From positions 1-64,000 of the forward strand of contig QPMI01000618.1 of assembly GCA_004431415.1 (NCBI GenBank): a stretch of 64,000 nt of DNA, written 5' to 3'. The stretch comes from Cyanophora paradoxa CCMP329 (taxonomy: Eukaryota; Plantae; Glaucophyta). Each line of letters starts with the position of its first letter. The stretch's first letter is position 1. The notes beneath the pieces were generated by a model. It made no database searches, was not told where the DNA came from, and saw nothing but the letters and a program-made list of their open reading frames with translations. This document shows positions 12,001 through 24,000 of the stretch, one piece after another. The position numbers were made by a program, and so were the translations under genes.

Positions 12001-15000
12001 CAACCCCTTCTTGCAACCGTCCAAACGTCCCGCTCCCCCCCTGCCCCTTCCCCAAGCGCGCGTGCCCGTCCCCCTCTCCACGCAAACGAGCAGCTGACGC
12101 TCTTCCCGGGCCAGTCCCTGACTCCAAACGCTCGCGTCCCGTGGCCCCTACCCCTCGAGCTCCCGCCCTCCGCCCGCCTTATACATATAATTACCTAAAC
12201 CCACGACTAATTATATATAAAAGGACGGCGGCCGGCCGCAAGACGATCAAGCGTGTAACCAAAAACTTTTTAAAGCGAGAACGGTGCCCGCAGGACACCT
12301 CACTTTCACGTCCCTTTTCGCACCCGGCAAGTACAAACCTCTCGAGCTCTTGGCACCGCCAGCCGCCGCTCTGACGACGCCTGCTGAACCCGACCCCCCC
12401 CCCCCCCCCCCCCATTCCCGGCTCGCTGAGTCGACGTCCCCTCCCTCGTCGACCCAGCCGACACCCAAACCTTGAACGACCCTCGACCATCCTCGGTCCC
12501 TCCCAGGCCTCGATCGACCCCAGGCTCCGATCCGGCCCCACGCCGCTTCGGCCACCCCTTTGGCTTCGGCCACTAGTACTCCCCGGCTTCGGCCACAATC
12601 TTGGCCTCGGCCACCCCTCCGGCTTCGGCCGGCTCTGGCTTCGGCCACCCCCCGGCTTCGGCCGACCCTTTCCGACCCTCGCGGCCCGCCTTGCCTCCAT
12701 GCTCCCAGCTCTCTCAGAGAGTCTGCTCCGTCTGCAATTGTCCGCGCTCTCTCCACTCGGTCGTCTCCGCACCCCTCCCGCCCGCCCCGCATCCGCTGCC
12801 CACCCCCTGCTACTGCCTCTGCGCACTCCCTCTCCTTCCTCCTCTCCTCCTCCTACCACCTCCTTCACCTTGACAAGACAGGGCACGGACTAATCCGGGC
12901 CCTGGGGCGCAGGTGAGGCGGAGTAGGGACCCGGAAGGCGGAGGAGTGGTGGTGCGGCGGCAAGGGAGGGCGGCGGACTGCGGGACCTTTCACTTCCAGG
13001 GCTCATGAGGGATGGAGGAGTTGATCAAGGGGTGGGCGCGTGGGACTGGTTACGGCTATCGATATCCCCGAAAACCATGTCTCCCCCACTCAGGCGATCG
13101 CGAACCTCCCATATTGAGCGATCCAAGGCCGGCAACTTGCTAACACTTCAGCTAGATAGTCGACCGGTCGGAAGGGCACGTCACGTAGAACATTGCCAAG
13201 TTGATACATGTGCCGTGGTTTATCAATGCGACGTCCATCTGTGCAAACAAAGGAAGGGGGGGGGGGGGCGGCGAGTATGTCAGGGGCTCATTTACGATTG
13301 ATCATGATCTTGTTTGTTTTGAATTCATTAATTGCAGATGACAAGCTTAAGGGGACCACGATTTCAGCGCGCGAGTGCGTGCGCGAATTCGAGTGCATGA
13401 CCGAAAAGCATGCATTGCAACGATCGCGAACGTTCATGATCATGTTCGTTTGTGAAGGGGCGCGAATATTCGCGCGCACGATTGCCGCGCCTGACCCGCC
13501 CTGAACGAAATGCATGCATTGCAATACGACCGAGGCAGGAGCGCTCCTGATCGTGTTCGTTCGTGAACTTCTTTGTTTCGCGCGTGCACGAATGGCCTGA
13601 ACCGCGCGCACGCGATGCGCTAATGAATCGCTTTTGTTTTTCATTAATTCATTTGAAGAGGGGCCGACGATTTAAGGACCGACGATTTAACAGTGCGCGC
13701 GCGTGGTGCGTGCGCAACTTCGTGCCTGACCCGCGATGCGCTAAGGTCTGCGGTCTTTAAATTGTCGCGCCCCGGTATGTACTTGCGCAAGCAAGCTCAA
13801 GCAGCGGTTAAGATCTGCAAGGATCGGCGAATTCAATTAAGGCCCCCGCCGAGGGCCCTTCTTTCCCCAATGCAAAACCGGCTCTCTTTCGCCCCATCGG
13901 CCTTCCCGATGCGACACGGAAAATACTCCCCTTCCCCGCCCAGCCCTCCTGCGCCACAGCACACCTTCTGCACAGCCCTGGGCATCAACAAGACCACCAC
14001 TTCATCCATCCAAAAAGACCTCGCGCTGCTACTCGACCAATATCTCCGAGCAATCTGGAGGGACCGTCGGACCGATGCGCCCGCAACCATTCCTGGGAAA
14101 TCCGACAAGGCATCACCGATAGGACCAAACGTAGATTTCGCAGCGGAAGCGGAAGCCGGGTCCCCGCCCTCCCCAGCCCCCTCCCCCCCCTCCCCGCCCT
14201 CTCCCCCCCCCTCCTTCACAATACCATTTGCAAAAAAACCATCGATATCCGCCGGTTGCGTCCTCTCCGCCTCCCACCCCGCCTCTCCGCCGGTTGCGTC
14301 CTCCCTCCCATCAATTGCACGCAACCCTCAATTCTTCGCGGGCCGCACGCTTGCAGCCCCGGTCCCTCAGACAGCAGAACAGTAGACGCTAATTATAAAG
14401 CTAAACGAGAGCCTAGCGGCCAGCACCCTGCCCACCCCGTCCTCAGGGTCCAACCCCTTCTTGCAACCGTCCAAACGTCCCGCTCCCCCCCTTGCCCCTT
14501 CCCCCAAGCGCGCGTGCCCGTCCCCCTCTCCACGCAAACGAGCAGCTGACGCTCTTCCCGGGCCAGTCCCTGACTCCAAACGCTCGCGTCCCGTGGCCCC
14601 TACCCCTCGAGCTCCCGCCCCTCCGCCCGCCTTATACATATAATTACCTAAACCCACGACTAATTATATATAAAAGGACGGCGGCCGGCCGCAAGACGAT
14701 CAAGCGTGTAACCAAAAACTTTTTAAAGCGAGAACGGTGCCCGCAGGACACCTCACTTTCACGTCCCTTTTCGCACCCGGCAAGTACAAACCTCTCGAGC
14801 TCTTGGCACCGCCAGCCGCCGCTCTGACGACGCCTGCTGAACCCGACCCCCCCCCCCCCCCCCACCCATTCCCGGCTCGCTGAGTCGACGTCCCCTCCCT
14901 CGTCGACCCAGCCGACACCCCAAACCTTGAACGACCCTCGACATCCTCGGTCCTCCCCAGGCCTCGATCGACCCCAGGCTCCGGATCCGGCCCCCACGCC

Positions 15001-18000
15001 GGCTTCGGCCACCCCTTTGGCTTCGGCCACTAGTACTCCCCGGCTTCGGCTACAATCTTGGCCTCGGCCACCCCTCCGGCTTCGGCCCGGCTCTGGCTTC
15101 GGCCACCCCCCGGCTTCGGCCGACCCTTTCCGACCCCTCGCGGCCCGCCTTGCCTCCATGCTCCAGCTCTCTCAGAGAGTCTGCTCCGTCTGCAATTGTC
15201 CGCGCTCTCTCCACTCGGTCGTCTCCGCACCCTCCCCGCCCCGCCCCGCATCCGCTGCCCACCCCCTGCTACTGCCTCTGCGCACTCCCTCTCCTTCCTC
15301 CTCTCCTCCTCCTACCACCTCCTTCACCTTGACAAGACAGGGCACGGACTAATCCGGGCCCTGGGGCGCAGGTGAGGCGGAGTAGGGACCCGGAAGGCGG
15401 AGGAGTGGTGGTGCGGCGGCAAGGGAGGGCGGCGGACTGCGGGACCTTTCACTTCCAGGGCTCATGAGGGATGGAGGAGTTGATCAAGGGTGGGCGCGTG
15501 GGACTGGTTACGGCTATCGATATCCCCGAAAACCATGTCTCCCCCACTCAGGCGATCGCGAACCTCCCATATTGAGCGACCCAAGGCCGGCAACTTGCTA
15601 ACACTTCAGCTAGATAGTCGACCGGTCGGAAGGGCACGTCACGTAGAACATTGCCAAGTTGATACATGTGCCGTGGTTTATCAATGCGACGTCCATCTGT
15701 GCAAACAAAGGAAGGGGGGGGGGGGGGGGGGCGAGTATGTCAGGGGCTCATTTACGATTGATCATGATCTTGTTTGTTTTGAATTCATTAATTGCAGATG
15801 ACAAGCTTAAGGGGCCACGATTTCAGCGCGCGAGTGCGTGCGCGAATTCGAGTGCATGACCGAAAAGCATGCATTGCAACGATCGCGAACGTTCATGATC
15901 ATGTTCGTTTGTGAAGGGGCGCGAATATTCGCGCGCACGATTGCCGCGCCTGACCCGCCCTGAACGAAATGCATGCATTGCAATACGACCGAGGCAGGAG
16001 CGCTCCTGATCGTGTTCGTTCGTGAACTTCTTTGTTTCGCGCGTGCACAAATGGCCTGAACCGCGCGCACGCGATGCGCTAATGAATCGCTTTTGTTTTT
16101 CATTAATTCATTTGAAGAGGGGCCGACGATTTAAGGACCGACGATTTAACAGTGCGCGCGCGTGGTGCGTGCGCAACTTCGTGCCTGACCCGCGATGCGC
16201 TAAGGTCTGCGGTCTTTAAATTGTCGCGCCCCGGTATGTACTTGCGCAAGCAAGCTCAAGCAGCGGTTAAGATCTGCAAGGATCGGCGAATTCAATTAAG
16301 GCCCCCGCCGAGGGCCTTCTTTCCCCAATGCAAAACCGGCTCTCTTTCGCCCCATCGGCCTTCCCGATGCGACACGGAAAATACTCCCCTTCCCGCCCCA
16401 GCCCTCCTGCGCCCACAGCACACCTTCTGCACAGCCCTGGGCATCAACAAGACCACCACTTCATCCATCCAAAAAGACCTCGCGCTGCTACTCGACCAAT
16501 ATCTCCGAGCAATCTGGAGGGACCGTCGGACCGATGCGCCCGCAACCATTCCTGGGAAATCCGACAAGGCATCACCGATAGGACCAAACGTAGATTTCGC
16601 AGCGGAAGCGGAAGCCGGGTCCCCGCCCTCCCGGCCCCCCCTCCCCCCCCCTCCCCCGCCCTCTCCCCCCCCCCTCCCTTCACAATACCATTTGCAAAAA
16701 AACCATCGATATCCGCCGGTTGCGTCCTCTCCGCCTCCCACCCCGCCTCTCCGCCGGTTGCGTCCTCCCTCCCATCAATTGCACGCAACCCTCAATTCTT
16801 CGCGGGCCGCACGCTTGCAGCCCGGTCCCTCAGACAGCAGAACAGTAGACGCTAATTATAAAGCTAAACGAGAGCCTAGCGGCCAGCACCCTGCCCACCC
16901 GTCCTCAGGGTCCAACCCCTTCTTGCAACCGTCCAAACGTCCCGCTCCCCCCTTGCCCCTTCCCCAAGCGCGCGTGCCCGTCCCCCTCTCCACGCAAACG
17001 AGCAGCTGACGCTCTTCCCGGGCCAGTCCCTGACTCCAAACGCTCGCGTCCCGTGGCCCTACCCCTCGAGCTCCCGCCCTCCGCCCGCCTTATACATATA
17101 ATTACCTAAACCCACGACTAATTATATATAAAAGGACGGCGGCCGGCCGCAAGACGATCAAGCGTGTAACCAAAAACTTTTTAAAGCGAGAACGGTGCCC
17201 GCAGGACACCTCACTTTCACGTCCCTTTTCGCACCCGGCAAGTACAAACCTCTCGAGCTCGTGGCACCGCCAGCCGCCGCTCTGACGACGCCTGCTGAAC
17301 CCGACCCCCCCCCCCCCCCCCCCCCCCCCCAACCACCCATTCCCGGCTCGCTGAGTCGACGTCCCCTCCCTCGTCGACCCAGCCGACACCCCAAACCTTG
17401 AACGACCCTCGACCATCCTCGGTCCCTCCCCAGGCCTCGATCGACCCCCAGGCTCCGGATCCGGCCCCACGCCGGCTTCGGCCACCCCTTTGGCTTCGGC
17501 CACTAGTACTCCCCCGGCTTCGGCCACAATCTTGGCCTCGGCCACCCTCCGGCTTCGGCCCGGCTCTGGCTTCGGCCACCCCCCGGCTTCGGCCGACCCT
17601 TTCCGACCCTCGCGGCCCGCCTTGCCTCCATGCTCCCAGCTCTCTCAGAGAGTCTGCTCCGTCTGCAATTGTCCGCGCTCTCTCCACTCGGTCGTCTCCG
17701 CACCCTCCCCGCCCCGCCCCGCATCCGCTGCCCACCCCCTGCTACTGCCTCTGCGCACTCCCTCTCCTTCCTCCTCTCCTCCTCCTACCACCTCCTTCAC
17801 CTTGACAAGACAGGGCACGGACTAATCCGGGCCCTGGGGCGCAGGTGAGGCGGAGTAGGGACCCGGAAGGCGGAGGAGTGGTGGTGCGGCGGCAAGGGAG
17901 GGCGGCGGACTGCGGGACCTTTCACTTCCAGGGCTCATGAGGGATGGAGGAGTTGATCAAGGGGTGGGCGCGTGGGACTGGTTACGGCTATCGATATCCC

Positions 18001-18046
18001 CGAAAACCATGTCTCCCCCACTCAGGCGATCGCGAACCTCCCATAT

Positions 18047-18162
18047 TGAGCGACCCAAGGCCGGCAACTTGCTAACACTTCAGCTAGATAGTCGACCGGT
18101 CGGATGAGCGACCCAAGGCCGGCAACTTGCTAACACTTCAGCTAGATAGTCGACCGGTCGGA
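18047..18162. repeat. 58-bp tandem duplication private to the terminal array unit
   Basis: TGAGCGACCCAAGG...GACCGGTCGGA at 18047-18104 and again at 18105-18162. Confidence 0.95.
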
Positions 18163-19148
18163 AGGGCACGTCACGTAGAACATTGCCAAGTTGATACATG
18201 TGCCGTGGTTTATCAATGCGACGTCCATCTGTGCAAACAAAGGAAGGGGGGGGGGGCGGCGAGTATGTCAGGGGCTCATTTACGATTGATCATGATCTTG
18301 TTTGTTTTGAATTCATTAATTGCAGATGACAAGCTTAAGGGGGCCACGATTTCAGCGCGCGAGTGCGTGCGCGAATTCGAGTGCATGACCGAAAAGCATG
18401 CATTGCAACGATCGCGAACGTTCATGATCATGTTCGTTTGTGAAGGGGCGCGAATATTCGCGCGCACGATTGCCGCGCCTGACCCGCCCTGAACGAAATG
18501 CATGCATTGCAATACGACCGAGGCAGGAGCGCTCCTGATCGTGTTCGTTCGTGAACTTCTTTGTTTCGCGCGTGCACGAATGGCCTGAACCGCGCGCACG
18601 CGATGCGCTAATGAATCGCTTTTGTTTTTCATTAATTCATTTGAAGAGGGGCCGACGATTTAAGGACCGACGATTTAACAGTGCGCGCGCGTGGTGCGTG
18701 CGCAACTTCGTGCCTGACCCGCGATGCGCTAAGGTCTGCGGTCTTTAAATTGTCGCGCCCCGGTATGTACTTGCGCAAGCAAGATCAAGCAGCGGTTAAG
18801 ATCTGCAAGGATCGGCGAATTCAATTAAGGCCCCCGCCGAGGGCGCGATGGAGATCGGGAATGTGGGATCCGGATGCATATGATCGAAAAGGAATGAGGG
18901 GAATGAAATGAGGGGAGAAAGGATCCGGATATCGATCGAGGGAGAATCGTTAATTAAGATCAGCTCGAGCGCATCAATCCGCGACCCGTACCCGCGGCCG
19001 CATTCATGTGCATTTTCCCTCGCGATCGGGCCATTTCGGCGCATTTCGGAATTTAATATCCTCTCTAGCTCCACTCCTCTCGATTCTAACTCCTGACGAT
19101 GTCCTGACGACTCCTCTCGATTCTGAATCGTCGAATCGGCACGCGACG

Positions 19149-20653
19149 ATGTCCAGCGCTCCGGCGAAGAACGGCGAAGGCGGGCGCCGCCTCTCGTTCG
19201 CGGAGCTCGCCCTCTGGCTCCCGTTCAACCTCGTTTTCGCGATCGCGCCGTATCCGTGGATCGCGGCCTGGACGGCGGGACTCCAGGGCCCGCGCTCGAC
19301 CTGGCTGCCCTTCGCCTCGCAATTTCTGAAGGCCGCACAGCCTATTTCGCGGGCGTGCGGGTGCGCCCTGCGAATTTCGCGATGTCGCGAAATCGGTCTC
19401 TGAGCCGAGTACGACAGAGACCTCGAGCACTACAGCTGCCCGGGAGCTTTTGCGTGGGATTTCGCGCTCTTCATGGCTTTCGGCGCCCTTCACTCGTTCA
19501 TGGCTTCGGTGAGCATTTCAATTTTCGCAGGTCCTGGCCAGCGAAATAGTATACGTACGTCGAATTTATCTCCCGGTTCGCGGTCTCGACAGGCGACGGG
19601 GAAGGCCCTCGTGCGCTCTACTGTTCCGCCGCAGGTGCAGCCGACGATTTTCGCGGCCGTCTCGAACGCCGCCGTCATTTGCGTGGCCGCCGCCTGGGCC
19701 TCGTGCCCCGGGGCCGTCTGGGAGGCCAAAAGCGGGGCGCTGCGCGTCGCGCTCCTCTCCGGCAAAATCCTCGCAATTGTGGCGGATCTGGTGCAAAGAA
19801 TAGCTGTAGCTGCGAAACCTAGATGCGCAAACTAGCTTATCTAGATCTCTTAGCTCTTGCCAGTCGCCTAAAATTCGTTGGTTTAATTCGCTTGCAAGTT
19901 GCTTATCATAGTATAATTAGCGATTAGCGTAAAAATTCCTGCTTACATTATTTGCCTCACGTAATTATATAATCTCCTGCCAGTCGTTCAACTTTCATTT
20001 TCCGGCCTGCGATTGCGAGCGGCAGTTTCACACGTCCCTCTGCGGCTTCGACTCGCTGGAGCTCTTCGGGACGTCCGCCCTCTTCCAAACGGCGGAGGAG
20101 GCCGCCGCCGCCGCGGACTCGGCGCCCGCGCGAGACGGCCACGAGCCGACCCTGATAACCACTGGCCTCTTCCGCTTCGTGCGGTGCGTGATCTCTTTGA
20201 TTTGATGCGCGAGCATAGCTGCAGCTCGCCTTTCTAAAATTTGTTACGCAAACATAGCGGCAGCTTGCTACTCATGCCAGATTAAATTTTTACTCCCCCA
20301 TGCACACGCAGGCATCCGATGTACTCCCTTCTGCTTCTTCAGGCGCGCCTCAAATTGTGCATGAGCCGATCCGCTCATGTGATCAGCGGCTATTGATGAT
20401 GAGAGCTCCATGGCCAGATTGTTCTGGAGCCCTCGATGACGATGGATCGGCTCTACTTCTTCATCGCCGCCCTCGCTTACATCTCCTGGGGTGAGGCCCT
20501 GCGCTGCCTTACCTTCTCCATGATCAAGGTCTAGATCTGTAAGCGGTTCGAGCAGGCCACAGGCTGGAGGACCGGAAGCTCGAGCGGAAGTTCGGTCCCG
20601 CGTACAGCGCCTACCGCGCCCGAGTCGCCGCCTTCATCCCATTTCTCTTTTAG
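19149..20653 (+). CDS. Nurim / MddA-like (ICMT/PEMT superfamily) integral-membrane methyltransferase, ~8 exons
   Basis: Spliced motifs: WDFALFMAFGALHSFMAS-ATGKALVRSTVPPQVQPTIF; WASCPGAVWE; FDSLELFG; LITTGLFRFVRHPMY; PSMTMDRLYF; GHRLEDRKLERKFGPAYSAYRARVAAFIP, stop TAG 20651-20653. The first acceptor and the exon at ~19835-19900 are uncertain. Confidence 0.85.
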
Positions 20654-20735
20654 ATTCAAATCGAGCTGCTCGCTTCAATTAAAGACATCACTCATTCACA
20701 GCAGCACTGACAACGTTAACAGCACTGTGCCTTAT

Positions 20736-20834
20736 TTGCACGTTCACCATCCGCCGCCGCTGCGGGCGCGCGCCCCGCCCCTCCTCCCCTCCCCCCTCCC
20801 CCCCCCCCCCTCGTCCTCGAACTCGACGCGGTAC
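20736..20834 (-). pseudogene. Orphan degenerate copy of the 3' end of the coiled-coil gene (27995-28084)
   Basis: TTGCACGTTCACCA.CCGCCGCCGC.GCGGGCGCG...TCGTCCTCGAACTCGACGC.GTAC occurs at both loci in the same orientation. Confidence 0.85.
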
Positions 20835-21044
20835 TGATTACGTAAATGACGGTATGTAATTTCGTCAAATACGGAAAAATCAAACTTGTCGAAAATATGC
20901 TACGAAAATATCGGGCGGGGGCGCGCTCTCCTTATAAAAATCATGTTCACAATGGGGCGAGGAATATAGAGCGGCTCGCGAGCTCGAAAGCGACGTACTC
21001 ATCGAGCTCGCTTTCCGTTATCGATGTATCTATCGCGATCGATA

Positions 21045-24000
21045 TCACGCGTCCTGCGCGGTCTCGCGCCCGGACCCGACGTCGTCGGAGACGTCGACGT
21101 CGCCGGCCGCGGCGCCGGCCGCGGCGTCGGCCGCCCCCCGCTGCAGGTGGGCCCTCAGCATCCCCTCGAGCCGCGCGAGGCGCTCCTGCGCGGGGGGTGC
21201 GCGCGGGGGCCGAGTCATGATCAGGGGGCCCCACATGGACATCCGGGGCGGCAGCGGCAGCCGGCCGGGGGGCCTAGGGCGCTAGGGCGCTAGGGCGGAC
21301 TCGCCTCGAGGGCCCGCTGGCCCCGCAGGATCTCCGGGTGGGGCCCTGCCCACGGGCCGCCCCCGGGGTCGCTCCCCTCGCCCGCGCCCGCTTCCTGCTT
21401 GTGCTTGACGCCTCGGGGGCACGCCGCGGCCGGTGAGCCCTCATCGAGCTCCCCCACTTCACCTTCGCTCGAGCTCGCCCCGCTGCCGGCGTCGCTCGCC
21501 GTGGGGCGCGTTCGCCGCGCGATTTGGCCCGCCCAGCTGGCGAGGGTGGCCGCGGCCGCGGGTCTTGGTCTCAGACGACGGCCGCGGGTCGAGCTCGAGG
21601 CTGCGGGGGGCGGGGGGCGGGGGCGGGCACCGGTACGCAGCGTTCTCCGGGAGGCCCGGATGCCTCGCGCGGAGCGCCCTGCAGCGAGCGCGCCGACGTT
21701 GATGCATGTCAGCGCAGAGACAAGTACTGCGAGAGCCGCTGAGCGCGCGATGCGTATGCACGCACCTGGCGACGTCGCCGCCGCTGACGAGGCGGCTCCC
21801 GCCGGCCGCGGGGCGCGGCTGCATCCCGCGCAGCACCTCCCACACCTGCGGCGGAGCGGAGAGTCGAAATTCGAGTTCGGTGCTGCGCATCAAAGCCATT
21901 CGAGATTCGGTATTAAATATTCGCCTGGAGGTCGGTGAGGAGGCGGGCAGGCCGGCCGCGGCCGAGCGCCCTCTCCGTCTTCACGGCCGCGTTCACCGCC
22001 GAGATCCGCGACATCTGCCGCCGGCGTCGGCCGCGCCGGCGAACATATATACCCATCGATGTTTAATTTAGCGCTGGCTCCAATAGTACTCCGGCCCGAG
22101 CGCACGTCGGCGAGCTCGGAGAGGAAGCTGCGCCCGTCCCCGACCTCCTCGCTGACCTGCGCCCCGTTCCCGATCGCGACCGGCCAGTGAGAAACCGAAG
22201 CGGGACCAGCTGCAGCGCCTCGCGATCTCGACTGGGGGGCTCACCGACGCGTACTTGTCGCAGATGATGCTGCTCAACGTTAACGGTTGGGAAGCATTTC
22301 AGCTTCCGCAGCTCGCGCGACCCGAGTCTAAATAAAGACTCTTGGCGCACGCGATGAACTGCGAACAAAGCCTCAGGAATGGCCGTAGTTAAAGGCATTG
22401 GGGGCGCGAGGGAAGCTTAAGTGGGGCGCACGATGTTGATGAGGGTGTACGTCGCAAGGAGGTTGAAGATCCAGTAGAACTGCGGGGGGGGGGAGGGGGG
22501 GGGGAATGAGCCCCGGGATATCGATGCGAGGACTGCAAAGCAAGCGGGGCGGGAGGGGGGGAGGGCGAAGGGAGAGGGGGGGGAGGGGGGGGGGCGAGGC
22601 GCAGGGGGCGGACCAGGACTCGGAGCGCGTTGTCCTTGAGGACGATGCTGCGCAGGGAGCGATTGATATCAGCACCGCGGCCGGCGACAGCGACGCCGGC
22701 GCTCTTCTTCGCATCTTATAATCAAGCTTCGAATTCGGCACTAAAGGTTCCGATCCGCTGCATGGGGCGGGGCCGGAGCCACCTGCTGAGGTCGACCATC
22801 TCGCTCATGAGGAGGTGCTCGCTTAACTTCGCGAGCGAGATGCCCTGCCGCAGTGCCACGCGCGCGTGCACGTGTGCACAGTTAGTATATATATCGAATC
22901 AGAAGTGAGGAGACGGCGCGGGGAGCGGTATGTGCGAGAAGTCGGGCGGACCAGATCTGCGTAGTAGATCTCCGAGGAGCCGAATAGCACGTTACTCTGC
23001 GGCGCAGCCGCGCGCGTAAGCGATCGATCGAACTATAAGTATTTTTCGAGCGTGTGCGCACCATGCAAGCTGCCCAAGAGATGGCGGGATACGGAGAAGA
23101 GAGTGTAAGCGCGTTAAACTTGAAACGCAAAGAAAAAGAAGGGAAGCCGCCAGCCGCAGGGACGGCGCTGTTGCGAACCAAATACCTGCAGAGCAAGAAT
23201 AATAGTTCAAACGGTTGATAATCAGCTGCAGATCGATATCCCGCCCCGGGCCCTCGAGCGAGCCGTGACTGATGGATGTGTATACTATTATGATACTCGC
23301 GGGACGCGCACGATGAGCACGATGAGGACGAGTGCCGCAAGATGGAACAAATCCGAGGAAGACTGCACAAAAGGCGTCGCGATCAGTGCGTGTGACTGGG
23401 TCAGATATCGATCGTGATGGCGGGCGTGTGGCGCACGCGAACGAGGGTTCGCGTGAGCAGTCCCATCCGCCCCTGTCGAAGAAGTACGTGAGCGCAGCGA
23501 CCGATAATTATAAATTATGAATTAAAAGGTCCAGGGGCACCTGAAAGTGAAGGAGCTTGAAGATGCGAATGAGCCCCAGAAAAAGGTCTGCGAATGTCGG
23601 AGAATCACGCGCCGCTACAGTCGCACGCGTACGTGCCCCGGGGCCCGTGACGCACTTATGGCGGTGAGGACGTGGTACGTCCTGAAGAGCGATGCCGCCC
23701 TTAGGCAGCTGTCGTACAGCCTCTGGGCATGACGTGGCCCAGAGCCGGCGCCAACCATCAGAGAGCGCAGACGACGACCGAAGTCGAACGCGTTTGAAGG
23801 TGGCGGCGGCACGCACGCCCAACAAATTCACATCCTCTGCGACGTCATAGCTGTCGAGGAGCTGCGGGATAGAAATTCAGAGAAATGCTCGAAATCGAGA
23901 AACGCAATGCGCATGGCCAGCACTAGTTGATTCAAATTCGGCGGGACGCACGTCGGGCCTCGGGGCGGGCAGGCCGCTCTGGTTGCTTATGATGACGCCC

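Larger units (their letters stand above)
1..18844. repeat. Tandem array of a ~2.46-kb unit (7 full copies plus ~1.6 kb partial; continues beyond the left edge)
   Basis: Anchor CCCGGCAAGTACAAACC recurs at 1, 2458, 4933, ~7405, 9856, 12323, 14776 and 17234 (spacing 2451-2475). Similarity stops at GCCGAGGGC|GCGATGG (18844), where internal copies continue GCCGAGGGC|CCTTCTTT. Confidence 0.98.

Noticed and set aside
1-18844. The many six-frame ORFs in the array as distinct genes
   Set aside because: They change from copy to copy through homopolymer indels and show no complete recognisable domain.
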